64,000 bases of DNA from a virus. Shown one piece after another: positions 17,453 through 25,284 of the stretch. The notes under the pieces are model-generated. The model saw nothing but the letters and a program-made list of their open reading frames with translations. It did no database searches and was not told the origin of the DNA. Numbering within the stretch: position 1 is the stretch's first letter; each line of letters opens with the position of its first letter. A program made the position numbers and the translations under genes. The stretch is taken from IMG/VR virus record IMGVR_UViG_3300042332_000310, positions 3,277 to 67,276 of that record; one strand, written 5' to 3'.

Positions 17453-18055
17453 TTATTTTATTTTCCAGTAAATAGATGCGTTAACAAATGGTGTCTTATT
17501 GATGTCAACACCAGCTCCTACGTTATATATTTTATCACATTTGGTATTCAATAGTAAGTTAACCTGTATGTTATTTACAAAGTTAACCTTGTCAAATGAA
17601 GCTCCTACACCCCAAAACAGCTTAGTCTTAGGTAATTCCTTTACAATTGTAGTCTCCTTGATTGTTCTTTGCTTTACATTAGCTGTAAACATTCTAGACT
17701 CAATTGTGTTCTTACTAATAGTATCTAACAGTACAACGTATCCTAAGCTATCTGGTAGACGTAAGGTGTCCTTGTATACGTTCTTAGCGAAATACATTTT
17801 AATAATTTCTAATGTGTCTACATTCATTGAAACTTGTACGAAGATTGTCGTATCGTGGTAGATATCTTTACCTTGCTTAGTAATGACTTTGGTCTTAATA
17901 ATGTCAACAGTGTCTATCTCATGCTTTATAACCTCATAAGGTTTGCCTGCAACATATTTTATCTTAGGTGAGAATGGGTTCTTTACTCCTGTCATCTTTG
18001 AGAACACAAGCAAGACAACTATCACCAAAACTGCTATCTGTAATATCTTTTTCAT
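17453..18055 (-). CDS. putative spanin-like envelope protein
   Basis: N-terminal membrane anchor; C-terminal amphipathic beta strands ending YWKIK; located in the lysis cassette. Confidence 0.65.
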   Translation of the reverse strand: MKKILQIAVLVIVVLLVFSKMTGVKNPFSPKIKYVAGKPYEVIKHEIDTVDIIKTKVITKQGKDIYHDTTIFVQVSMNVDTLEIIKMYFAKNVYKDTLRLPDSLGYVVLLDTISKNTIESRMFTANVKQRTIKETTIVKELPKTKLFWGVGASFDKVNFVNNIQVNLLLNTKCDKIYNVGAGVDINKTPFVNASIYWKIK

Positions 18056-18089
18056 ATTGCAAATTTACTCTATTTTTTCATACAGCTTA

Positions 18090-18276
18090 ATGTGTCATAA
18101 AACGCACTTTTTGACTCATATTTATCCCATATAAGTCACATTGATACATTTTGCATGAATTATTAGAAAATTTCATGCAGATTCTGTCACAATTTTTCAA
18201 ATATTTGTGACATATTATACCCTATAGCGTATAAAGTAACATATAAAATACCTTATTATACCCTATCACGTATAAT
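18090..18276. repeat. array of six imperfect palindromes
   Basis: 18091-18118, 18112-18138, 18152-18179, 18185-18212, 18215-18234, 18256-18275. Confidence 0.85.
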
Positions 18277-19529
18277 TATAAGTTAAATTTAGTCCCTATT
18301 AGAAGCCCAATCATATTGACAGGGTACATGTATTTTACGTTAGTGCTGAGCCTAAAACGCTTAGATATGGCTATATCAAATGATGAGCCTACAATATAGG
18401 TCATTTGGCTAGTAGCCGCAAAGTCCTTTGACTTGCTAGAGTAAGATAAAGGGTTAGACATTATAAATAACTCAGGGGTAATGCCTAGTCTTTTGCTGTA
18501 GGTAATAGGCTTCATACCAAACAGCACTATAGAAGATGCCCAGAACTGCTGTTTCACGCTCTCAAATGGAATAGATGTATTGATAAGGCTTAAGGCATAA
18601 CCATAGACATATGACTTATGCGTCATTACATATGAATTTCCTATAATATGTAGTAAATCTCCTGCATTATAAGCTAGCGTATATGACATTGTAGAAATAC
18701 CACATAATTTACCATCCTGTATGTTCATTTTAGAATACCTCGTAGATAGGGCAAATTGCCTTAAATTTGAGAAGATTGTAAGCGTTGAGCCATAAGATAC
18801 GTCTCCTGCCATAGATGCCCTAGAAACGCCTAAATTTGCCATTAAATTAAACTCACCTTGAATCTGTTGAACCGCACTCATATCAGACGAAAAAATCAAT
18901 GGCGTTTGGCCTGCTTTTGCGGAAGACTTTTTCTTTTCTTCCTTTTTTTCTTCTTTTTTCTCTTCCTTTTTCTCCTCGGATTTTTCTTCACTTTTGCTTT
19001 CAGATTTGCTTTCAGAAGACTCAGAACTGCTTTCGCTAGAAGATGAGCTACTCTCGCTACTTGATGAAGATTCACTAGAGCTACTCTGACTACTTGACGA
19101 GCTAGATGAAGATGACGCTGCTGGAGCAGGTGGAGGTGGTGCGCTTGCTGCCGCAGATGACGCTGCTGATGATGCCGCTGAACTTGCTGCACTTGATGCT
19201 GCCGCACTAGCTGTAGAAGCGATTGTATTAGCTACTGTCTGCTGTGTTAACTGTTGTGCTAATTGAGCAACAGGGCATGGCGCTGAATACTCTGCATATA
19301 CTTGATTTACCCAAGTCATTAAAGCTCCTGACTTTACATCTTGAGCTGTTATGTATTTAGACTTGCCCATAAACGTAAGCGTAGTGCCTTGTAGTGGAAC
19401 TATAAATACAGTTACACTCTTACTGCATGGGTCTACGAATGTACTCGTAAGTATCTGAGAGTATGAAAATAAAGGTAGTAATACTACTACCAATAGAGAT
19501 AAAATAAACTTATTTAGGGAATACATTCT
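18276..19529 (-). CDS. secreted protein with Ser/Ala and EEKK linker and predicted C-terminal outer-membrane beta-barrel
   Basis: Signal peptide MYSLNKFILSLLVVVLLPLFSYS-Q; alternating aromatic strands; ends GTKFNL. Confidence 0.7.
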   Translation of the reverse strand, partial: RMYSLNKFILSLLVVVLLPLFSYSQILTSTFVDPCSKSVTVFIVPLQGTTLTFMGKSKYITAQDVKSGALMTWVNQVYAEYSAPCPVAQLAQQLTQQTVANTIASTASAAASSAASSAASSAASSAAASAPPPPAPAASSSSSSSSSQSSSSESSSSSESSSSSSESSSESSESKSESKSEEKSEEKKEEKKEEKKEEKKKSSAKAGQTPLIFSSDMSAVQQIQGEFNLMANLGVSRASMAGDVSYGSTLTIFSNLRQFALSTRYSKMNIQDGKLCGISTMSYTLAYNAGDLLHIIGNSYVMTHKSYVYGYALSLINTSIPFESVKQQFWASSIVLFGMKPITYSKRLGITPELFIMSNPLSYSSKSKDFAATSQMTYIVGSSFDIAISKRFRLSTNVKYMYPVNMIGLLIGTKFNL

Positions 19530-20226
19530 TTTTAACCATTCTTGATAGGATGCGAGCACACGCAATATCTAGTGCTTTCTTTGTGGCTGTTCCTATGGTT
19601 GATTGGTTAAACTTAACTTCTGACAAATTCTCGTCATTAAGTAAGCTTGCTTCACGTGTAGTCTTTGCTTCTCCAAGACCAGACGCTGCTATAATTTCTC
19701 CTGTCTCTGCATTCGTAAATCGTACTTGTAATCCTATTCTTGTTACAACAGTTTCCTTGATACCATCCTTTACTCTAATCTCCTCATCTTCTGAAATAGA
19801 ATAATCGTAGCATTCAATCTCTACGAAGTAGTGGGCTAGTCTAATCTTTCCTCGTCCATCCAGCTTATCTTGAGAAATTCCTGACTGCGAGGCTTGAAAC
19901 TGTTTGACCATACGGTTTTTAATTTCCGTCTTGTCTTCTGTAAAGGTAAAACGATTGAGATTTTCAAGGTACTCAAGGGTGATGTTTGCAACACCCAAAC
20001 CGACACGCTTTTCTTTAAGCTCTGGATACTGTTCATACATTTCATCTGATATTCCGCATTTTAAGATTTGAATTGGTATAGTCGGGCCATCATAATCCAT
20101 GTATTGACTAATGTCAATTTTAGTCTCAAAGCTAGCCTTGAAGTTCTCTGTCTTAGTTGTCGCTACCTGTGAAATACCACTAACAGATAGCAACAACAAT
20201 ACAATAATATGAGTCAGTTTTTGCAT
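19510..20226 (-). CDS. CsgG/HfaB-like periplasmic or outer-membrane protein
   Basis: Signal peptide; L...NRF, AHYFVEIECYDYS and GLQVRFTNAETGEII patterns. Confidence 0.75.
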   Translation of the reverse strand: MQKLTHIIVLLLLSVSGISQVATTKTENFKASFETKIDISQYMDYDGPTIPIQILKCGISDEMYEQYPELKEKRVGLGVANITLEYLENLNRFTFTEDKTEIKNRMVKQFQASQSGISQDKLDGRGKIRLAHYFVEIECYDYSISEDEEIRVKDGIKETVVTRIGLQVRFTNAETGEIIAASGLGEAKTTREASLLNDENLSEVKFNQSTIGTATKKALDIACARILSRMVKKNVFPK

Positions 20227-20242
20227 TTTTTGACTTATGTTT

Positions 20243-20806
20243 TTATTTATCTTTCAAAAGTCCGCATTTTTGACACTCAAGTTCTCCGTCTCCGTCAGAA
20301 TCTCCCCAAACATGCTCACATTGTCTGTGCGCTTGATATTCAAATTCTAACTTCTCCATTTCTTGCTCATGCTCTTGTTGGTCTCTCTTAAGTTCAAAGT
20401 TTTGTCTGTTCTCTGTAACAGCTAAATCTCTAGCAGCCTCAGCACCTTTGATAAACGCATCAGGAATAATCGGTGTTGGAACTTTGTTTGTTTCCTTCAT
20501 GTCGTTAGTATGAGATAGCGTTACACCATCTTCTTCATCCATTTTTTGTACCAACATCTTATCCTTGTCTGCATCAGAATAGTAGTAGTCTATAATCTTA
20601 CCATAGCTACCTATAAATGCACCTAGTAATAATAATAACAGCTCCTTCCACTCAGCACCCATTGCTGTACCTGTAGCGATTGCTGCAAATATTCCTAATA
20701 AGATTAATACAAATAGTCCTAATACGATGGCTGTTACATACCATCTTTTATCCATTAAACTAGTTAAAAGGTCTTTAAAACCTGATTGCTGTTGAGGCTT
20801 GTCCAT
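20243..20806 (-). CDS. two-TM membrane protein with C-terminal zinc-ribbon-like tail
   Basis: Two hydrophobic helices, coiled coil, CEH...CQKC. Confidence 0.75.
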   Translation of the reverse strand: MDKPQQQSGFKDLLTSLMDKRWYVTAIVLGLFVLILLGIFAAIATGTAMGAEWKELLLLLLGAFIGSYGKIIDYYYSDADKDKMLVQKMDEEDGVTLSHTNDMKETNKVPTPIIPDAFIKGAEAARDLAVTENRQNFELKRDQQEHEQEMEKLEFEYQAHRQCEHVWGDSDGDGELECQKCGLLKDK

Positions 20807-20907
20807 ACGTTATAAATTGTTTCTTGATTACTATTAATTAATTGAGCTGTTTTTTTGCCTGAACGTATACTACGTTTTGCTCTAGGCTTTTTTGCTTTAT
20901 TTGCCAT
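20764..20907 (-). CDS. small basic protein (47 aa)
   Basis: MANKAKKPRAKRSIRSGKKTAQLINSNQ... read by hand; TAATG-coupled to the upstream gene. Confidence 0.55.
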   Translation of the reverse strand: MANKAKKPRAKRSIRSGKKTAQLINSNQETIYNVWTSLNSNQVLKTF

Positions 20908-21212
20908 TACCAAGCTGCTGGTTTTTCTTTGAACTCATCCGCTTCTTTTTTAGGCTTAGCTGGTTGAGGTTTTGCTGCTACTTCTTTCTCTTTGATAATC
21001 ACAGTTTTACCACCACCTGCCGCTTGTTGTTGCGTTTGGTTGTTTTGTATATTAATTACTGGAGCTGCTTGTTGAACAGGTGTTTCTTTTTCATCTCCTC
21101 CTGTTAACTTAGTAGTTATCCATCCACCTACACCTAAAGTAATTGTGCTAACGAATCCTATGATTACATTTTTCATAGAACTACCAGTTGATTGTTCTTG
21201 TTCTTCTGACAT
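20907..21212 (-). CDS. single-TM protein with Q/P/K-rich tail
   Basis: VIIGFVSTITLGVGGWI helix followed by low-complexity sequence. Confidence 0.75.
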   Translation of the reverse strand: MSEEQEQSTGSSMKNVIIGFVSTITLGVGGWITTKLTGGDEKETPVQQAAPVINIQNNQTQQQAAGGGKTVIIKEKEVAAKPQPAKPKKEADEFKEKPAAW

Positions 21213-21218
21213 ATTATA

Positions 21219-21569
21219 TTATTTTATAATTATTGGGGTTCTAGTTTCCTGACCATTTATATTCATCAAAATTAAGTCATAAGTACCACTCTGCAAACCA
21301 GACAGATTCTCTTCCTTAATTAAAAAGCCATCTACAGAAGATAGCCCATAAGATTTATAGACTTTGCCTGACATATCCTTAATTGTTACATTGTACTTTG
21401 CAGAAGGCTGTAAGTTAAAACTCATAGTAATAGGGCCAGTTGTTGGCGTTGGAGCTACATTTACATACCCTTGCTTGTCAGGCTTTGCAGCTTGTGGAGC
21501 AGGATAATACTCTATTTTCTTACATGCAGATATCGCAACGACACAGAAAAGGATTATAATTTTTTTCAT
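21219..21569 (-). CDS. lipoprotein with T9SS type-A C-terminal sorting domain-like fold
   Basis: Lipobox ISAC; VAPTPT...IKDMSGKV...LSGLQSGTY...IIIK mirrors the YPNP...D..G..V...L..G.Y...KIIK consensus. Confidence 0.72.
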   Translation of the reverse strand: MKKIIILFCVVAISACKKIEYYPAPQAAKPDKQGYVNVAPTPTTGPITMSFNLQPSAKYNVTIKDMSGKVYKSYGLSSVDGFLIKEENLSGLQSGTYDLILMNINGQETRTPIIIK

Positions 21570-21570
21570 A

Positions 21571-23214
21571 TTATTTAAAGTTGTTTATACCGATTAAACG
21601 AATTAATGCTGTGTTTAGGCTTATTCCTATTTGGTTTCCTTTATTATCAGACGCATCCATATTATCTGTTACACCTACATAAGTATTTATGTCAGTGCCT
21701 GCAGACTTAGCCTTAAATATAACCGTAAACGGTACAATAGTTCCTTTTATTGGCTCTTTTAATGTCTTGTCTATACCACCAAACTTAACATAGCCATCAC
21801 CATTCGTAAAGAAGTTAAGCCAAGATGGATTGGTATTAGCCTTAATTTCTTGCAACTGAAGTTTAGTTGCATCATAGGTAAACTCAAACTGTATACCGCA
21901 TACAGATAATTCATTGGTATTTACAGATATAGGTATAGATATATTATCTGATTCAACTACTGCGTTAGCTAAACTAACAGCGATGGCTTTCTTTTGTATT
22001 GGTGTATTCACTAGTGAAAATGATTGAATTGTTCCGTCCCTAGCTACAACTTGTGAGCTATGGCTTCTGTTGATATCTCCTGCTATAAGGTAGTTTAATT
22101 CTAAGGCCTGATTGGCATTAGTAGTACGAAAATACACAAACTCTTGCGGAGTTAAAGTATCCTTGCTAAACTCATCCCTCTTATAAGTATACACCTTTGG
22201 GTCTATGTTATTGGTAGCAGCAACTTGTGCAAGTACAAGGTAAGGGTCTGCAGCATCAAATGAGCCATTATAGTTCACATCAGCAGCCAACCAAGCAGCA
22301 CCTGACTTTAAATTAGTCTTATTAAAAGTGCCATCTAAATTAACAGAACCAAACTCATTTAACGCAGCTGTCGCATCTGATACCGTAACAGCTGATTTAG
22401 TCGCATTTAAGAGGCTATCTATGATAACTGATACTTTGTATGTCCTATTGGCTAAAAGCTCCGTAGAAGCCTTAAAAACGCCATTTACATCAGGAGTAAG
22501 CGTAACAGAATTTGTTGAGGCCGAGTCGGTAAACTTAATGCGAGTCTGAACAGCATTATTTTTATATATATTACCAGTAAGAAGAGTATTTGCATTAGCA
22601 TCTAAAGTTATAAATGTGCTCTTAGGAAGAGGCATATAAGTATCAATATAAGTACCATCCGATTTCCAGCCCGACACGAAGTTCATATACAAACTATCAT
22701 AAGCCGTTCCTGCTGGCACATTGTTTATCTTAAGACGTATCTTGATGTATTTCCCATCACGTAGATTGCTATTTGAAGTAACTGTAGTGTAGATTCTCTG
22801 GATAGCATTATTGCCATTTGGTGAATATACATAGTTAGCATAATTGTAATTCTGTGAACCATTTTGTGTTGTGTTTTGAGCTGTTCTAATATATGTAAAT
22901 CCTGGATGGAAGCTGTTTTGAATACTCATTGTAGCACCTGTAGGCATAGCACTGCTATCGTCACTAAAGTTAGTTACGCTTAATATAGTATATGTTCTAT
23001 AGTTATACTGAAAGTCAAAATATAGCGTTCTAGTAGAAGATGATTTCTCCTTATACATAACCACCATATCAACAGTATCCCCTTTAAGGATACTCGTATC
23101 TTTTATATTTCTAGTAATATTAGACTTCTCTAGGTAAATTTCAGGAGTTTGAGCTGTTACATTTATACATAAAAACGTAACAAGACTAAGGATTAATTTT
23201 TTGAATAAGTTCAT
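21571..23214 (-). CDS. secreted cohesin- and dockerin-like domain protein
   Basis: Signal peptide from ATG 23214; dockerin-like AADVNYNGSFDAAD and GDIN loops; cohesin-like ISIPISV...GIQFEFTYDATKLQ. Confidence 0.72.
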   Translation of the reverse strand: MNLFKKLILSLVTFLCINVTAQTPEIYLEKSNITRNIKDTSILKGDTVDMVVMYKEKSSSTRTLYFDFQYNYRTYTILSVTNFSDDSSAMPTGATMSIQNSFHPGFTYIRTAQNTTQNGSQNYNYANYVYSPNGNNAIQRIYTTVTSNSNLRDGKYIKIRLKINNVPAGTAYDSLYMNFVSGWKSDGTYIDTYMPLPKSTFITLDANANTLLTGNIYKNNAVQTRIKFTDSASTNSVTLTPDVNGVFKASTELLANRTYKVSVIIDSLLNATKSAVTVSDATAALNEFGSVNLDGTFNKTNLKSGAAWLAADVNYNGSFDAADPYLVLAQVAATNNIDPKVYTYKRDEFSKDTLTPQEFVYFRTTNANQALELNYLIAGDINRSHSSQVVARDGTIQSFSLVNTPIQKKAIAVSLANAVVESDNISIPISVNTNELSVCGIQFEFTYDATKLQLQEIKANTNPSWLNFFTNGDGYVKFGGIDKTLKEPIKGTIVPFTVIFKAKSAGTDINTYVGVTDNMDASDNKGNQIGISLNTALIRLIGINNFK

Positions 23215-23683
23215 AGCATGCTTTTTTAATTGCTGTGCTAAGGTTCTGTTGGTTAAACTTACCGTCTGTGCCGACAAGTATCGTTGAAGTTGACACCTCG
23301 GATGCGCTACCTTCTACCAGGATTGGCTTGGACTTTTTACCATCCTTATCCATATAACCCTTGATTCTAATAACGACATCGGTGTTGTCTTTATGGAATA
23401 CTGATAGGTTGCTTTTAGTCTTCAGCACATCCATATAAATCAACTCCGCAAAGATAATGTTTTTGGATGATGGGTTCAAAGCGTATCCTTTCTCTTGTAA
23501 CAACTCCTCTATAATATTCTTTACACCAAACTCTATTTTTCTGTTGCCAGCTAAATCGCCTAGCTTAATGCTGTTCTGAACAGATATAGATATATCTTGG
23601 GCTGTAACGCTTGATACAAATAGCAAAGCCCCCATTAGGAGGCCAAGCTTATATTTACTTACACAATGAGAACTAATTTTCAT
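23186..23683 (-). CDS. secreted protein with CsgG/TolB-N-like fold
   Basis: Signal peptide ending VTA-Q; RKIEFGVKNIIEELL and FNQQNLSTAIKKA resemble KRVGLGVANITLEYL and FNQSTIGTATKKA of 19510-20226. Confidence 0.62.
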   Translation of the reverse strand: MKISSHCVSKYKLGLLMGALLFVSSVTAQDISISVQNSIKLGDLAGNRKIEFGVKNIIEELLQEKGYALNPSSKNIIFAELIYMDVLKTKSNLSVFHKDNTDVVIRIKGYMDKDGKKSKPILVEGSASEVSTSTILVGTDGKFNQQNLSTAIKKACYELIQKINP

Positions 23684-24110
23684 CTACCAAAGGTACAATA
23701 GTAGCTTCAATTTTTTCTTTACCTAATACCTTCTCAAGTAATACTGGGAAGTAGTCGTCTGTTTCAATATTGAATAACTCAGCTACATCTAACTTAGGTA
23801 CTTCAATATTCTTCTCAATAGCTTCTAACTCTTGAATTTTCTTGATTAACTCTTCTTGATTCTCAGGAGCAACAACATAAGATTCACCTTCTTGCTTACC
23901 TAATTCCTTAAAGATTTCTAATCTAGCTTCTTCATAAGATTTAACTTCTTCAGCTACAGCCTTATTCAATTCATTGTTTAATAAGTACTTAGCACGGATA
24001 CTTAACTTGTGAGATAGTACACCCTTGCTTCTTTCGCCTGTTTCTCTGTTTAATAATCGTCCGTTTAATTCTTCAAATAAAACTACGATTTCTCCTAATG
24101 TTAACTTCAT
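23673..24110 (-). CDS. helical hypothetical protein, possible tail chaperone
   Basis: 145 aa, Glu/Lys-rich. Confidence 0.7.
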   Translation of the reverse strand: MKLTLGEIVVLFEELNGRLLNRETGERSKGVLSHKLSIRAKYLLNNELNKAVAEEVKSYEEARLEIFKELGKQEGESYVVAPENQEELIKKIQELEAIEKNIEVPKLDVAELFNIETDDYFPVLLEKVLGKEKIEATIVPLVDEN

Positions 24111-24111
24111 A

Positions 24112-24387
24112 TTATTGGTTTGGTGTTAAAAATTTTTCATCTACTTCCGCCCATTTGCCTGCTGGACAAGCTCCTTTTACTGGAGAGAATACCTTTGCCT
24201 TCAAAGCACAACCGCATAGTCCACAATGGATAACAGGGTCTGTCTTCTTGTGTTCGCATCCGTTACAAATCTGTATTCTTTCTGTAGCTAGTTCTGCTTG
24301 TTCATCTGTAGGGTTAAACATTATACCCCATGCAGAGAATATCTCTTTTACTTTTGCCATAGCCTTAAAGGCATCACTTAAATTCAT
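24112..24387 (-). CDS. cysteine-rich metal-binding protein (DUF6171-like)
   Basis: RIQICNGC...CGLCGC.LKAK...CPAGKW. Confidence 0.75.
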   Translation of the reverse strand: MNLSDAFKAMAKVKEIFSAWGIMFNPTDEQAELATERIQICNGCEHKKTDPVIHCGLCGCALKAKVFSPVKGACPAGKWAEVDEKFLTPNQ

Positions 24388-24424
24388 GTGGTTTTACTTT
24401 GTGGTTAGGCAAATATAAGAAATA

Positions 24425-24907
24425 TTAGCAATCAACTATGTTCTCAGCACCGAATAATGTAACTAATTTTTCCTTAAGCTTACCATAAGCAAAAGCAAAT
24501 ATTGTGCCATCTTCTAAAGCGCTTAAATCAGGAACTGTTTTTGTATATTCTTCTTCCACATCTTGCATTTCCCAAGTAGAACTTGCAGGAGTTATAACCT
24601 CTCCCTCTGAATCTAAAACAGCATCTGTTACTACTTCTACATTTCTTTGTACTGTTCTTGTAGCCTCTACTTCTTTAGTCATAGCAACCCATAGGTTATC
24701 ACCTATTTGTTGATTACGAGCTTGTCCGCCACTTAGTGGCATAGGGGACATACCGCTGTTAGTTACTGAGTCAGCCTGAGATTGAAATAATTCAACTCTA
24801 AAGCTAGCGCTACCGTACTTAGATACTTGATAGTCTGCGATTCTTACGTAAGCCTCAGATGTGATACCTTTATCTGTACCAATCTGTGTTGTGATTTTTA
24901 AAGCCAT
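24425..24907 (-). CDS. tail-fibre-associated protein
   Basis: 160 aa downstream of the fibre genes; AYVRI...AY.KLK. Confidence 0.65.
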   Translation of the reverse strand: MALKITTQIGTDKGITSEAYVRIADYQVSKYGSASFRVELFQSQADSVTNSGMSPMPLSGGQARNQQIGDNLWVAMTKEVEATRTVQRNVEVVTDAVLDSEGEVITPASSTWEMQDVEEEYTKTVPDLSALEDGTIFAFAYGKLKEKLVTLFGAENIVDC

Positions 24908-24926
24908 TATTTATTGTTTTTAGTTG

Positions 24927-25283
24927 TTATGATTGAGGTGGCTCATCTTTAGTTAAAAAAGGAGCATTTGTGTATACAAAGTTATCTGATTTCTTTTTAA
25001 AGGCAAGCATTCCATCTAGTCTGCTATTAATAAAGTCTTGATTTAATAAAGACTCTAGCCATCCAGAAACTATCTCTGTTGTAAGCTCATTGATTGGAGA
25101 AAAGTTAGCTGGGTTAGGAGGAGGTAATTTAGCTTCACCTATAAAGTCTGCCTCATATTTTTTACCATCAACTTCTTCCACCACTCTTTTAATATAGTGT
25201 ACTTTATATACAATATTCTCCATCCCATCCTTGTTAGGCATGATTGCAGAATCAATAATCCTCCATGTGTATGTTTTGCTCAT
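24927..25283 (-). CDS. tail-fibre-associated protein
   Basis: TYTWRI...VYKVHY...ELTTEIVSGWL pattern; follows a fibre gene. Confidence 0.65.
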   Translation of the reverse strand: MSKTYTWRIIDSAIMPNKDGMENIVYKVHYIKRVVEEVDGKKYEADFIGEAKLPPPNPANFSPINELTTEIVSGWLESLLNQDFINSRLDGMLAFKKKSDNFVYTNAPFLTKDEPPQS

Positions 25284-25284
25284 A

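Noticed and set aside
18090-18276. CRISPR mini-array
   Set aside because: Units differ from each other; only one 20-bp unit repeats; no repeat-spacer periodicity and no cas genes
18858-19207. Alternative-frame ORFs (62 aa and 103 aa)
   Set aside because: Shadows of the low-complexity Ser/Ala/EEKK linker
19510-20226. Complete curli operon
   Set aside because: No curlin repeats or clear CsgE/CsgF, and no lipobox on the CsgG-like protein, so the csgG symbol was not assigned
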